Shown here: piece after piece, positions 36,026-58,279 of the stretch | Numbering within the stretch: position 1 is the first letter of the stretch | Layout: each line of letters begins with the position of its first letter | NCBI RefSeq assembly: GCF_009914755.1 | Contig: NC_060945.1 | Length of the DNA: 64,000 bases | From: the human T2T-CHM13v2.0 reference genome, Homo sapiens | Direction: 5' to 3' (one strand) | Notes under the pieces: model-generated | Databases searched by the model: none | The model's input: only the letters and a program-made list of their open reading frames with translations | What the model was told of the DNA's origin: nothing | Translations under genes and position numbers: made by a program

Positions 36026-37755
36026 ATAGTCTCTAGTGGTTCAAAGCGGGGATACCTAGATCCTCACCTCTAAATGATCTAGAGACCCCAGCCTTGAGTC
36101 TCTAAAGCATTTCTGCGAGACAGCTCATCTCTGTTCTGCTTTTAGCGGTGCCTGTCAAACATGGCCCCATCAGAGTGGAATGTCAGGGTGCCTTTGAGTT
36201 CTTAAACCAAAAACGCACAACTGTGAATATTTATATTATAGTTTAGTCTTCTTTGGTTTTCAGTGTCTGCCTCAGAAGGCTGTAGGCGCAGGACTCGGTC
36301 GCTCACCATCTGTGTTACTGTGTGTGGCATCTCAGAATTATCTGCCACATCTGACATCAGTTGAGAGCCCCCAGGTGCCAGATGGGGCCGCAGGGATAAG
36401 CCTTGCCATCCTGCATTTAGGTACCACGGTGCGTTGTTGGCCTCCAGACATTCTGTCGGTTCCTAGGGTGCCAAGGGAATTCTGTATTTCAAGCTCCTAT
36501 AAGAACCTGCTCTTAAAAAGATTCAGAAAACCTTTTTTCTCACTCAGAAAAAAAGATTTTCTAAAACTTTTTTAGGGGAGCTTCCTGTAGCACTCAGCCT
36601 CTCTGAGCCTCCATTTCCTCGTCTGTTAAACCAGGCTGTGGCTAGCATCCTGTCCTCATGGGTTGAGGGAAAGAGTAATTACGATAAAGGCCGATGCTCA
36701 TTAGGCACTTAACTCCTAGCCCTCCCTGAGGAACCCAGGGCCGGGGAGCGGGACCCCACATTAGTCCCTCTAGAGCAGAAGCCATGGTGGAAAGGAGGGG
36801 ACAGCTCCATTGCTGGCTCAGTTGTATCTAATGTGAAATAAACATGGGCGGTTGTCACAGGAAGCGCTGGGTAAATCCGTCTCTTCGACAGACATTTTGT
36901 GCCTGCTGCCACGCACCAGGCTCTCTTGCTTTACCGGTGGACAAGAGAGATGAAGTCCCTGCCCCTGTGGCAGAGGCAGACATTAACTGGCAGTGTAATA
37001 ACGATGTGAGCAGGGCTTCAAAGAAACACAGGGTTTCCTGAGAGTGTGTGAACAGGAGGCCTGGCCTGACCTGGGGTTCCTGAGGCGGCATGGCTTAGCT
37101 GAGGCCCCAGGCGGAGAGGATTTAACTACGGTGGGCACTGCAGGCTGAGAGAGCGGTAGGATTTACAGAGCGAGAAACGTGGCGGGAACACAGAGAAATT
37201 CATAAGTAGCAAAACAGAGGGTGCTGAGTGACATCAGGACCATGTTACAGGTTTAAATTGATTACCTGATAAAATTAGTTAAATGGTGCTTATTTCTGGA
37301 AATTGAGCAACAACTTTCCTAATGAATATAAGCCCTTCCGCAGCAGATGGAGTCAGGCTGAGGCTGTGGGGTTTCCAGATGGAAGCAGTGCTGCAAAGCC
37401 TTGCCCGGCTTCCTGCAAGACCCCCACTGTGCTCACAGCAGCAAGGGTGATATTCATCGTCTCCCGAGATGCTCCTGGCCAATCGAGCTGGCCATCCGTC
37501 TCTCCACCTTGGCTGCTCACTGCCCCTTCCCCCCGCCGGCATGACACGCCAACATCACACATCTAGCTCCTTGCGGAAAGGGTTTGATTCCTCCCATTGC
37601 TGGGATCCACCCATCAGGGAAGCACCTCAGCACAACATTGGGCACAAACATGACAGGGTCCTTGCTCTCGGTATGGACAGCAGTGGTGGTTCAATGTATA
37701 TGATGCCATAGCCCCAATATTACTCTGCAGTAACTTTTTTTTCCCTATTTTCTAG

Positions 37756-37878
37756 ACCATAAGACAAAAAATTTTAGACTTCTTAAACCCCTTGACGGCC
37801 CATCTTGGGGTTCAGTTGACAGCGGCTGTTGCGGCAGTGTGGAGCAGAAAGAAAGCCCAGCGTCACAGTAAGATGAAG
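37756..37878 (+). CDS. DOP1B: DOP1B exon, 123 nt ([10 protein letters not shown]...HSKMK)
   Basis: attttctag acceptor, AAG|gtaaag donor, phases 0/0. Confidence 0.94.
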
Positions 37879-38032
37879 GTAAAGTTTAAAAAGTTACAGG
37901 AGTGGTTAAACTTACTGTGACAAAGAAATACCACAGAATCATGTGGAATCAAAGGTGACATTGGAAGCCAGCATGGGAAACTATTGAGTTGATTTAATCA
38001 TTTTATCTTATTTTATTTCTTTATCTATTTGA

Positions 38033-38233
<201 letters not shown>

Positions 38234-38664
38234 TGAACTCCTGACCTCAGGTGACCCACCCACCTCGGCCTCCTAAAGTGCTGGGATTACAGGCGTGAGC
38301 CACCACACCTTGCCGATTTCATCATTTGAAATGCATGAGATAATATAGCTGTGTCTCAGTACAAGTAGAATGTGTATTGGGCAGGTAGGGAAGAGCGCAC
38401 CTGACTTCTGTTTTCTAATTTTTCTGTAATGAGTATATAGTACTTGTGTTTAATCTTTTTAAATCTAAAATACATATAAGAGTATATATAACATGAACAT
38501 TTTTAAAGAATAAAAATGGCACAGTGGCTCACACCTATAATCTCAACACTTTGGGAGGCCAAGACGGGCAGATCGCTTGAGTCTAGGAGTTTGAGACCAG
38601 CCTGGGCAATATGGCAAAAAATTAGCCGGGCGTGCTGTTGTGCACCTATAGTCCCAGCTACTCA

Positions 38665-38763
<99 letters not shown>

Positions 38764-40365
38764 CTATCTAAAAAAAAAAAACTTTACCTAAGAACATGCC
38801 ACCCATTTGGCTTAAGAAATGGTCACTTATCCTAGCACTGTGGGCCTTTTTTTATTTGTAGTACCATCTTATTGCTTTTTTAATGTGTAGAAATCACACT
38901 TGTTAGCTGGGCATGGTGGTATGCGCCTATAGTCCTAGTTACTTGGGAGGCTGAGATGGAAGGATCACTTGAAGCCAGGAATATGAAGCTGCAGTGAGCT
39001 ACGATTGTGCCACTGCACTCTAGCCTAGACAACAGAGTGACACTTCATGTAAAAAAAAAAAAAAAAAAGGAAATTACATTTGTCCATGATAATAAAGAAA
39101 ATTGAAATCACCAATCATATTTCTATGCCCAAAGATAATTTCTTTTTTTTTTTTTCTATTGAGACAGAGCGATCTCAGCTCACTGCAACCTCTGCCTCCT
39201 GAGTTTAAGCAATTCTCCTGCCTCAGCCTCCTGAGCAGCTGGGATTACAGGTGCATGCCACCACACTCAGCTAATTTTTGTAATTTTAGTAAAGACGGTT
39301 TCACCATGTTGGCCAGGCTGGTCTCAAACTCCTGACCTCGTGATCCGCCTGCCTCGGCCTCCCAAGGTGCTGGGATTACAGGCGTGAGCCCAAAGATAAT
39401 ATCAGTTTGTATTTTGCCCGTTCTTTATCCACTTGACTGGTCCATGATGAAGTCCTGCAGGGGTCGGCTTACCTTTTTCAACCTCAATCCTCTTCCTTTG
39501 TTCCCTCCCACCCCTGCTCCATCCCCTGCTCGGGATCTGCTGCTGCACCTCCTTGACACTCCCCCAGTGCTCAGCCTTTGTGGCAGACATGGGCGCCTGT
39601 TCTCTGAGGAAGAGTCAGTGGTCAGTGTCCAAGGCCACCCTCCTGAGCGCCTGTCGGCTCCTTCCCTGGTGAGGAACCTGGTGCTAGTTGTTTTTCTTCC
39701 AAATGCCCATGACCAGGGTATGCAGACTTCTGTCATCAAAAATATGCCTCCCATACCAGGGCTTTCCTTCCAAGGCTAGCAAATGGGAGCCTGGTTTATC
39801 TGTTTTTACTTCCTGTCTTCGTATTTTTGATTCCATCTCTTGTTTCCTTCAAATTTAGTATATTTGTTTCTAAAATGCTTTCTACTAAATTCAAACATAC
39901 CACTATTACAGCCCCATCATGGCCTGCACCTTTTATTCCTAATTTGTATCAAATTATGTTGTTCCCCTGGGTGGAGCCTTTACCTAGTTCAATAGGAAAT
40001 GTTTGTTTAAGAGATTAAAACAGGCCGGGCGCGGTGGCGGCTCATGCCTGTAATCCCAGCACTTTGGAAGACCGAGGCGGGCAGATCACCTGAGGTCGGG
40101 AGTTTGAGACCAGCCTAGCCAACATGGCGAAACCTCATCTCTACTAAAAATACAAAACTTAGCTGGGCGTGGTGGTGGCCAAGATCGCACCACTGCACTC
40201 CAGCCTGGGTGACAGAGTGAGACCGTGTTTCAAAAAAAAAAAAAAAGAGATGAAAACAGATTGATTTCTCCAGGGACGACTACTGTAGAATACAATAAGG
40301 ATGTGTCATCCTTATTTTTACTTTCTCTCTATAAGCTTTCAAGGAACTTTTTTTTTTCTTGGCAG

Positions 40366-40503
40366 ATTATCCCAACGGCAAGTGCATCCCAGCTAACCCT
40401 TGTCGACTTGGTGTGTGCACTCAGCACCCTGCAGACTGACACGCTGCTGCACCTGGTGAAGGAGGTGGTGAAGAGGCCACCCCAAGTCAAAGGGGGTGAT
40501 GAG
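40366..40503 (+). CDS. DOP1B: DOP1B exon, 138 nt ([10 protein letters not shown]...KGGDE)
   Basis: tttcttggcag acceptor, GAG|gtgagg donor, phases 0/0. Confidence 0.94.
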
Positions 40504-40849
40504 GTGAGGAGCCTGGGGAAGCCTCTGGGCTTCTGCAGATTAGTGGGTGGCATTTGTCATAACTCTACTTCCTTATAAATCGTGTTTGGGAGGGAAGGAT
40601 AGGTAACAAGAGCTAGTGGGAATGCTTGGGGTAGTGAAGTGGAGGTGCTGTTTGCTGTGCTTTGGGGGAGACCTATGAAGATCTGGTGCTTCTTTTTTAA
40701 GTTGGGAACTGCCTGAGGTCAGGGGCTCTCATTCCTTGTACCCTGCTGCTGAGGACACTGCCTGGTACATGGGTTAGCGCCTTCTGGGCACCAAGTGGAA
40801 TAAAATCTTTAGAAAGAGGAAATGGCACCTGCCTCAAGGAGCTCGCAGC

Positions 40850-41530
40850 CATAAAGATGCCAAAGATAAACAAAACCAGACTCTAGTGAAAGATGGTAAA
40901 GACAGATGTGATTCAATAACCACTGCGGTAAGGGAAAGTGTTGGGTTCAGTTTAGATTTGTGTGGAGATGACTGGGAAAGGATGAGGGAGGAGGGAGGGG
41001 GAAGGAGCAGGAAGTTTAAGGAGAGTTGGAGAAGTAGAAAATTACAAAAGAGCAGGTGGGGAGGCTGCTCAGTCCATAGATGTGATTAGGCCATCTGGGT
41101 TTGCTAACTGGGGCTTATCCAAATGAGGCTCCTACCCTCCCACAGAGGCTGGGAGATCGAGACTCTGTCTTTCTTGATGATTCTGTTTCAAAGGGATGGC
41201 TCCCAGGTCCTTGAGAAACACATTCCTAGGTTGTGGGAGACACATACACATCTCAAAGGGACAGAGAAAGTATTTATCATTGTAAACTTAAAAGAAAATG
41301 CTCTAAGAAAGGGAGGTCAGGGGTCTCTCTGCAGGTGTTGGCAGGAACAAACAGTAAATTATTTGGCAACCTTGAGCTTTCTCGGACAAGTGTTTGAAGA
41401 GGACTGGTGTCCCCATCCTAGGGATCCATGCTAGTGTTGTTTGGGGCTGTGGGGGTGGACAGAATCATTTGTCAAGCAGAGGGCTCAGAGGAGCCTAGCT
41501 AGAATCAGCTCAAGGAGAGAGTCTTTGTCA
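40850..41530 (-). mobile_element. ERV1 solo LTR of the MER31/MER67 group
   Basis: Minus strand begins TGACAAAGACTCTCTCCTTGA..GGCTCCTCTGAGCCCTC. Confidence 0.65.
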
Positions 41531-41542
41531 AGGGCAAATTAA

Positions 41543-41761
<219 letters not shown>

Positions 41762-42833
41762 TGAAGTCTCACTTTGTCGCCCAGGCTGGAGTACAGTGGT
41801 GCAATCTCAGCCCACTGCAACCCCGCCCCTGGGGTTCAAGTGATTCTTGTGTCTCAGCTTCCTGAGTAGCTGGGATTACAGGTGCGCACCACCAAGCCCG
41901 GCTAATTTTTGTATTTTTTTTTTTCTTTTAGTAGAGACGGGATTTTGCTATGTTGGCCAGACTGGTCTTGAACTCCACTTGCCTTGGCCTCCCGAAGTCC
42001 TGGGATTACAGGCGTGAGCCACCGTGCCCGGCCAAAATTTGCATAATTTTTTTTAAAACTTTTTTTTTTTTAAGACAGGATCTCACTGTCACCCAGGCTG
42101 CAGTGCAGTGGCACAATCACAGCTCACCATAGCCTCGACCTCCCCAGGCTCAAATGATCTTCCCAAATAGCTGAGACCACACATGCACACCACCACACCT
42201 GGCTAATTTTTATATTTTTTGTAGTGACGGGGTTTGCCACATTGCCCAGGCTGGTCTGGAACTCCTAGGCTCAAGCAATCCTCCTGCCTCGGCCTCCCAA
42301 AGTGCTGGGATTACGGGCGAGAGCCACCATGCCTGGCTGCATAATTTTTTATAAAGGTAGAAAATAAATGTCAGAGAACATAACTAATGATAGACACTCT
42401 GAGAAAGAGGAGATTTCATCTGGCTGCTGTGAAACAGAAACCTTCAGGGTGATGTCATTGAACCGAGAAGTTCCTTGTAATTTTTCTGCTCAATTTCATT
42501 ACAGCAGCCTGGAGGGCCCATGTTGTCTAGAGAGCTTCTTCAATTATACACGGTGGATTTAAAACAGGGCAAGCTGTGTGGTTTAATATTTGCATTCCCT
42601 TAGAGTCTTCTATTTCTGTTTTTACCAAAGCAGTCTTCATCATTGAAAGCAGCAGAGCTGTTTTGCTCTTAATTAACTAATTTAATAAAAACCAGGGATT
42701 TATTTCAATCTTGAAATAATTGCCTTCTGTCGAACAGTTTAAAATCATACAGTTAGCAAAAATTTAAGAATAATCTAAATGAAAATTAGGGGGGCCGGGC
42801 ATGGTGGCTCATGCCTGTAGTCTTAGCACTTTA

Positions 42834-43351
<518 letters not shown>

Positions 43352-43364
43352 TAACACAGTTCTA

Positions 43365-44180
43365 TATCTGGAAAAAAAAAAACAACTGTGTCCTCACTCA
43401 ACAACATAACAATCAACACAGAAGACTTCTCTTACCCCAAATATGCGGGGAGTTCTCCCCACCAGCAAGCAAGCAATTGATTCCGCAGTGGACACCAGTT
43501 GGGTGTCCTCCAATTCAATTCCTACTCTATCTGCTTGGAGATAGTGTCAGATCCCACAGGGTGAGGGCTCAGTCCCCAAGAGCACCCTTCACTTCAGACA
43601 CCAGTCACAAGTCTGGGCCTCTGGAACTTCTGACTGACTAGCTTCAAGTTGGGATTCCCACGAACCCCCTCTTTGGGTTCAGTTAATTTGTCAGAGCAGC
43701 TCCCAGAACTCCAGAAACACGTTTACTGGTTTATTATAAAGGCTACTACTGAGGATACAAATGAAGGGATGCGTAGGGCAAGGTATGGGGGAAGAGGTGC
43801 AGAGCTCCTGTGCCCTCCGTGGGCACAGAACCTTCATGTGCTCTGCTCTCTGGAAGCTCACCAAACCCAGTCCTCTTGGGCCTTTTATGGAAACTTCATT
43901 GGATGGGTATGACTAAAGCATGGACAACCGTGTCGAAGTGTGATTGGACAAAAAGAGTGTGATCTAATACTTAATACAGTGACTGGGGAAACCTAGCAGG
44001 GCCTGCCTGTTCAGATTCTTCTTGGCCTGTCTGCACAGCACTGCTTCCTCCAGGGTGTGGGACAGGACCCTCTCCAGAATGAGGGTCTTATGAACCGTAG
44101 TCAGATTAGAGTCCTGCCTTGGGGCAGGTCAAAGGAGGGCAGGAGTTATGAACCAAGAACTGCAGACAAACACGTAAAAA
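43365..44180 (-). mobile_element. MER21-family LTR
   Basis: gcagtggacaccagttgggtgtcctccaattcaatt and ggagatagtgtcagatcccacagg..gagggctcagtcccc. Confidence 0.7.
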
Positions 44181-44193
44181 AATAGGTTGATAC

Positions 44194-44203
44194 GTAGATA
44201 GAT

Positions 44204-44249
<46 letters not shown>

Positions 44250-44697
44250 AGTAGTTAGGTAAATAGATAGATGTAGGTAGGTAGGTAGGTAGATGTAGGT
44301 AGGTAGGTAGAGAGATGGATGTAGGTAGGTAGGTAGGTAGATAGATGTAGGTAGGTAGGTAGATGTAGGTAGGTAGGTAGAGAGATGTAGGTAGGTAGGT
44401 AGGTAGATGTAGGTAGGTATGTAGATAGATGTAGGTAGGTAGGTAGATGTAGATAGGTAGGTAGGTAGAGAGATAGATGTAGGTAGATGTAGTTAGGTAG
44501 GTAGGTAGATGTAGGTAGGTAGATAGATGTAGGTACGTAGGTAGATAGGGAGATAGATGTAGGTAGGTAGGTAGATGTAGGTAGGTAGGTAGATAGGTAG
44601 AGAGATAGATGTAGTTAGATGTAGGTAGGTAGATAGATGTAGGTAGGTAGGTAGATGTAGGTAGATAGATAGATAGATGTAGGTAGGTAGATAGATA
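44194..44697. repeat. Compound (GATA)n/(TAGG)n tetranucleotide array of about 500 bp
   Basis: About 11 pure GATA units at 44204-44249, then AGATGTAGGTAGGTAGGT-like higher-order units. Confidence 0.95.
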
Positions 44698-44708
44698 TTA
44701 TGATTTTA

Positions 44709-45113
<405 letters not shown>

Positions 45114-45446
45114 CGGAAGACTTTTTTTTCAGCCATTTTTTTCAGCCTCACATATGACACGGGGCAGCCCCCTATAGAAATGTCCAGGCCCCGAGGGCCT
45201 GGCCGTTGGGCGTCACCCAGTCAGTTATCCTCCAGCTCCTGGTCTCTTCCTTCGTTCCAGTGTTAATCGACAATGCTCCATGTGCACTGAGTGGTGTCGT
45301 GGAGGCTAAATAGTGGAAAAAGCAATTCCTGCCCTCAGTCCTCCTATATTCTAGGTTGGCAAAGAAGAGAGAAGAGAAGAGAAGCCATCCTAAAAAATAA
45401 CAGCACTGCGAGGCCAGGTTATGGAGCGAGCTCAGTCAGTGCTTAA

Positions 45447-45749
<303 letters not shown>

Positions 45750-45775
45750 TAGCTAGGATGGTCTCGATCTCCTGA

Positions 45776-46177
<402 letters not shown>

Positions 46178-46625
46178 TAGGAGTGGGAATGGTGCTCCAC
46201 AGGGCGGTCTGTGCTGCTGCAGGCTTGGTCGCCGTAGAACCAAGGGGTTCTTCGAGGTCCTGAAGACAGCTCTGCAGAGGCTATGACAGCCAGAGCGAGT
46301 GTGTTTAGGTTGTATTCCTTCACATTACTTGAATTTCTACAAATACCTGCAATTTCTAGTCTTTCCTGGGCTATAAAGGAACCGGATTTTATCTAGCTGA
46401 CTGATTTTTGGCGGTTCAAATAACAAAACTACATTTTGTGGTTAGTTTAGTTAATTAATAGCTGCAAATAGCTTTTTACAAGCAAGGAGGGGGTAAAATA
46501 TGTGTTTTAGAACTTGTTTCCAAGTAGTTCCAGCCACAGGGTTTTTGGGGAAGCTGTCTGAGCTGGGCTTGGAGTCATCTTCTAAACTAAGAACTAGAAT
46601 TTTTTGGCCGGGTGCGGTGGTTCTA

Positions 46626-46871
<246 letters not shown>

Positions 46872-47247
46872 TTAGAATTTTTTCTTGCCTCTTGGTAATC
46901 ATATGCATTCACTGGAGTCAACACTGGCCCTAGCTTTCTGTTTGGGAAGTTCGGTTACAGTGCCAATTTTCCCGAAATGCCTGTTGACGCCTGGAATGTA
47001 AAGTAGGTGCACAGGGTGGGAGATCACTGTAGAAGTCTAAGGGGATGTGAATGATTTGGGGACTCATAGGACACACTTGTTTTAATTGTACATGATGGGC
47101 ACTATCATGTCTGTTGTTATATCTGAAAGATTCTTTAGTCAAAAACCTTTGCTTTGTTAGGCTATAGATCTGTTTCATTTTGTATCTGAATTCTTTTAGC
47201 CTTATTTCCCACCAACTCGGAGTAATTGGTTTTACTTTCATTTTCAG

Positions 47248-47303
47248 AAATCGCCCCTAGTGGACATTCCTGTGTTGCAGTTTTGCTATGCTTTTCTCCA
47301 AAG
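47248..47303 (+). CDS. DOP1B: DOP1B exon, 56 nt ([18 protein letters not shown])
   Basis: ttcattttcag acceptor, AG|gtaata donor, phases 0/2 needed to keep the frame. Confidence 0.92.
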
Positions 47304-47749
47304 GTAATACAGTCCCCCGTCCTCCAAAAACTTCCTTAAATACAGATGCTATTGCAGTGAGCATGCATAATAAATATCTGGTTTTATTTCTAGACTACTA
47401 GAGAGCCATTGTTCAGAAAATATCTTAAAGTTGTCATAATTTCTTCCCAAGGTATTGATCTATGCTTTTCCTTCTCCAGAGAGTTAACATCTTAAAATCT
47501 GTGCAGCGTACTTTGAACACTTTATATGAGCGAAGCTTTATGTGAGGCCTGTTAAACTTTAAAAGGCTTGGATTTGCATTAAATTGATACAGAAAAAGAA
47601 AAAAACCACATATAGGGAAGTGTTAAAGACCTCTTTTAGAAAAAGGAGAAATGGGCCAGGCGCGGTGGCTCACACCTGCAATCCCAGCACTTTGGGAGGT
47701 GGAGGCAGGCGGATCACTTGAGGCCAGGAGTTTGAGACCAGCCTAGTCA

Positions 47750-47890
<141 letters not shown>

Positions 47891-48334
47891 TCACCACTGC
47901 TCTCCAGCCTGGGTGACAGAGCAAGGCTCTGTCTCAAAAAAAAAAAAAAAAAAAAAGGCAAAATGATTGTTTCTGGTGGCGTTCTCAGTGTGCCTTCCCA
48001 TGTTTTATGTGGAGAGGTATCTGCTTTGATTTGCTAAGTTAATATATGTATTAGGTGTCTCAGCTAAGAGAGCATTAAAGGGGATTCCGCAGGTTTTTCC
48101 CCATGGATGAAAAAGAAGCTTTACTGGACCTCATTCAGATCTTACAATGGCCGCATCCCAGGTGCAGCTCTGTGTTGCAGAAAATGAGGGTGAGGTGGCT
48201 GGGTGCGGTGGCTCAACGCCTGTAATCCCAGCACTTTGGGAGGCTAGAGTGGGTGAGTCACTTGAGGCCAGGAGTTTGAGACCAGCCTGGCCAACGTGGT
48301 AAAACCCTATGTCTACTAAAACTACAAAAAATTA

Positions 48335-48475
<141 letters not shown>

Positions 48476-49303
48476 CTATCTCAAAAAGGAAAAAAAATGG
48501 GGGTGGGGAGGGTATAGACCACTTCTCAGGGAAGCCTCACTATGCCTACATAGCCATCAGGAGTCTCACTGTAAATAACTCCAACAACCAGGCACAGGCT
48601 CCTTGATTCACACAGTTAACATTACATAGTTATTCCCACTCACCACATTCTGAAGTTGCAGGACGGTAAATTGAGGCCTCCTGGTAGATGACCAGGGTGG
48701 GGTTAAATTCAGACCACTTCCCTTGTGAGCATCATTGTTGTTCTTTCCTCCAGGAGTTAAAGATGAGCCGGTCACTTCCCTCCTATGACAGCGAATATAT
48801 ATTGCGTTGCTGGCGAATGTTGAGTGTAGTGGCCTGAGGGACAGCTGAGCTTTCCCAGGAGCTGCAGGTTAGATTTGGTCATCCTCCTTTTGCAGAGGAG
48901 AAACCGCCTAGGTCACACAATAGGTAGTAAGTTGGAGAACCAGGACTTGGACCTGGGACACTCTGACTGTAGTCTGAGCTTTCACTGCCTGGACTGTGCT
49001 TCCTCGCTTTGGAGCGGTGATCTCAGAATCCTCATCCTGAGAGCTACAGAGCGGGGTAGGCCAGTTTCCTGGTGAGTGTCCTGGGACCTAATGCTTTGCA
49101 GCCTTCTGACAGGTGATGCTGTGTTACCAGCCACTTCAGGGAAGCAGAATATTAGCACTAGAAAGGCCTGAGAGATCAGCCGGGCACGGTGGCTCACGCT
49201 TGTAATCCCAGCACTTTGGGTGACCGAGGCAAGTGGATTTACTTGAGGCCAGGAGTTCAAGACCAGCCTGGCCAACATGGTGAAACCCTACTAATCTCTA
49301 CTA

Positions 49304-49853
<550 letters not shown>

Positions 49854-50119
49854 CTAATTTAAGGCTTTTATTTTAGAGACAAAGAAACCAGGAGTATCTC
49901 ACCTGCCAGCAGTAGGATTTCAGGTTCCCAAACTCCAAGTGTTTGCCAGAATACCAAAGTTTAGCTCATGTACATTGTAAGTTTTTAAAAAGAAAAAGGT
50001 CAGTGAGGTATGCTGTTTACCCTTTGCTTTCCAACTGCCAGGATCTTAAATATGCTTATAAATAAATGTATTTTGACTTGTTCGTGGTTGAGTATTTTTC
50101 CTATCTTTTAAAAAAACAG

Positions 50120-50224
50120 GCTCCCAGTACCAGCCTTGCAAGAGAACTTTTCTTCACTGTTGGGAGTATTGAAAGAGTCTGTACAGTTGAATCTAGCCCC
50201 ACCTGGGTATTTTCTGCTTCTCAG
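50120..50224 (+). CDS. DOP1B: DOP1B exon, 105 nt ([10 protein letters not shown]...YFLLL)
   Basis: aaaacag acceptor, AG|gtatca donor, phases 2/2. Confidence 0.92.
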
Positions 50225-50321
50225 GTATCATGTCACCACATTGTCATTGTGTAATATTTTCTCTTGGCACATATTTTATTTCTGCAGCATTTTTAATCTG
50301 AAGCTGATTGTCTCCCAACAG

Positions 50322-50388
50322 CATGCTGAATGACTTTGTAACAAGAACTCCCAACCTGGAAAACAAGAAGGACCAAAAAGACCTGCAG
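50322..50388 (+). CDS. DOP1B: DOP1B exon, 67 nt ([22 protein letters not shown])
   Basis: tcccaacag acceptor after a 97-nt intron, CAG|gtttgt donor, phases 2/0. Confidence 0.92.
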
Positions 50389-50999
50389 GTTTGTATATGA
50401 AAGAGGTTCAGCCAAATGATATTACCCCAGCAGTGCTGTCCTCCTTTGGGGGATATCAGATAGCAGGTAGACAAGAGACATTGGACAGAATCTGAGGTTA
50501 GCTTTGCACTTGTTCTCAAGTCTTACTTCTGCCATCACTGTCTCTAGAGAGTTCGGACAGTCCCGGGGCCCGGGTTTTCTGATGAAGGTTCTTGTGTAAT
50601 GCTTGAGCAATCGATTGTGGAATTGACAGCTGCACCCCTCACCCTCCACACTGTATGCAGATGTTTGTGGATCTCACTGTAAAACATAAATGGAATAAGA
50701 AATCTTATTTCCCCCCAGACGCGGTGGCGCATACTTGTAATCCCAGTACTTTGGGAGGCTGAGGCGGGCAGATTGCTTAAGCTCAGGAGTTTGAGACCAA
50801 TCTGGGTAACATAGTGAGACCTCATCTCTACAAAAGTACAAAAATTAGCCTAGTGTGATAGCTACACCTATAGTCCCAGCTACTTGGGAGGCTAAGGATC
50901 CCTTGAGCCTGGGAGGTTGAGGCTGTAGTGAGCTGTGATCACACCACTGCACTTCAGCCTGGCAACAGAGAGAGATCCTGTCTCAAAAAAATTTTTTAA

Positions 51000-51179
<180 letters not shown>

Positions 51180-51409
51180 TGAGATTACAGACACGCCACC
51201 ACGCCCGGCTAATTTTTTGTATTTTTAGTAGAGGCGGGGTTTCTCCATGTTGGCTGGTCTGGTCTCAGACTCCTGACCTCAGGTGATCCTCCTACCTTGG
51301 CCTCCCAAAGTGCTGGGATTACAGACGTGAGCTACCACACCCAGCCTCCATACATGGATTTCTTTCCTTAAACGCCTTATCCCCCATTATAACAGTAATA
51401 TATGCTCAT

Positions 51410-51552
51410 AACAATTTGTTTAATACTGAAAAATAAAACTCATCATAGGAGAAGGAAAACTCAGAGTGGAATGCCAACTAATAAATACGGAAGTTATGAT
51501 GAAGTTGGAAAAATCACTGTTTTGCAAACCATTATAGACATTGATTCAGTTG
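51410..51552 (+). mobile_element. Old L1 (L1MC/MD-like) 3' UTR fragment
   Basis: gatgaagttggaaaaatcactgttttgcaaaccattatag..attgattcag. Confidence 0.45.
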
Positions 51553-51593
51553 GCTTTTCTATCACATTTATAGCCTTGGCGATACTACTGCTA

Positions 51594-52117
<524 letters not shown>

Positions 52118-52357
52118 CTAAGCCCTCCCTGCTTTCGTGGCCTGTTGCCTGTAGCAGGCCCCTCTGTCTTCAGCCAGCCTGGACAGGGCTCTGGCCACAG
52201 GCATTCCCTCCGTTGTTGCAGCTGGCATGCCTCTTCTCTGCTCCTTTTGGTTGCAGGGACCAGGTGGCATCTGCTTCTTTCTGTCTCATGACACCTGGCC
52301 TCCCCGCCACTAATTCCTTCCTACTGTTTTGAGCGACACCCTATGCTTCTTCCCCAC

Positions 52358-53441
<1,084 letters not shown>

Positions 53442-53992
53442 CCCGTCCACTCAGTGCTTTCATCAGTCCTTACGGGAACTCCTCTAAGCCCCTAATCCCT
53501 TTTCCTGACTTTCCTTGTGCCCTTCACACCCAGCCCTGCCTAAGTTAGCCAATTCGCCACTTCCCTCGAGCGCACCCTTCTCTCACCCAGCAGGCAGGTG
53601 TGCCCTGCTTCACACCTCAACACAACTGCTGAGCCTAGGAACCGTGTGGCACAGTTGAGGTCAGGATTATAAAATTCTCGGATGTCAAGGATTATAGCCA
53701 CTCGTAGCTGGTGACACTTGATGACACTGGCTGAGAAGCCTGCTTCGAGTTTCTGTCTCTCCAGCTACTAACCAGATTCTTTACTGATCATACTCCTGAG
53801 AGTGGATGACTCCTCACTTCACCCCACTGAGTCAGTTTAACTTACTGACCTTTATTTCTTGTATATTATTGAAAGATGCATTTCTAGGAAGAACCCGTGG
53901 TCCTAGAGAAACCAGAAAGCCAATCCACTGAATACAATTTATGGTTTTTTCATCAGCGTGCTGCGATGACTTGTGTTCTCTGTATATTTTAC

Positions 53993-56532
<2,540 letters not shown>

Positions 56533-56597
56533 TTTTAGGCACTTAACATTCTTTTCCTTAATTAACTTCCTTTCCCCCTCCTCCTGATAATTCTCAG

Positions 56598-56742
56598 GAA
56601 ATCACTCAGAAAATCCTAGAAGCTGTGGGGAACATTGCCGGCTCTTCCTTGGAGCAAACCAGCTGGCTAAGCAGAAACCTGGAAGTGAAGGCCCAACCTC
56701 AGGCCTCTCTAGAAGAATCTGATGCTGAGGAGGACCTGTATG
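56598..56742 (+). CDS. DOP1B: DOP1B exon, 145 nt ([10 protein letters not shown]...EEDLY)
   Basis: ttctcag acceptor, G|gtaggt donor, phases 0/1. Confidence 0.94.
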
Positions 56743-56804
56743 GTAGGTGGAGATGGGTTGGCTGATAGTGCCTCTGGTCAGCGCGTGGTTCTGGCTTTTC
56801 CTTA

Positions 56805-58279
<1,475 letters not shown>

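Noticed and set aside
44194-44697. Naming the GATA array as a known D21S marker
   Set aside because: Cannot be confirmed without primer or coordinate lookup.
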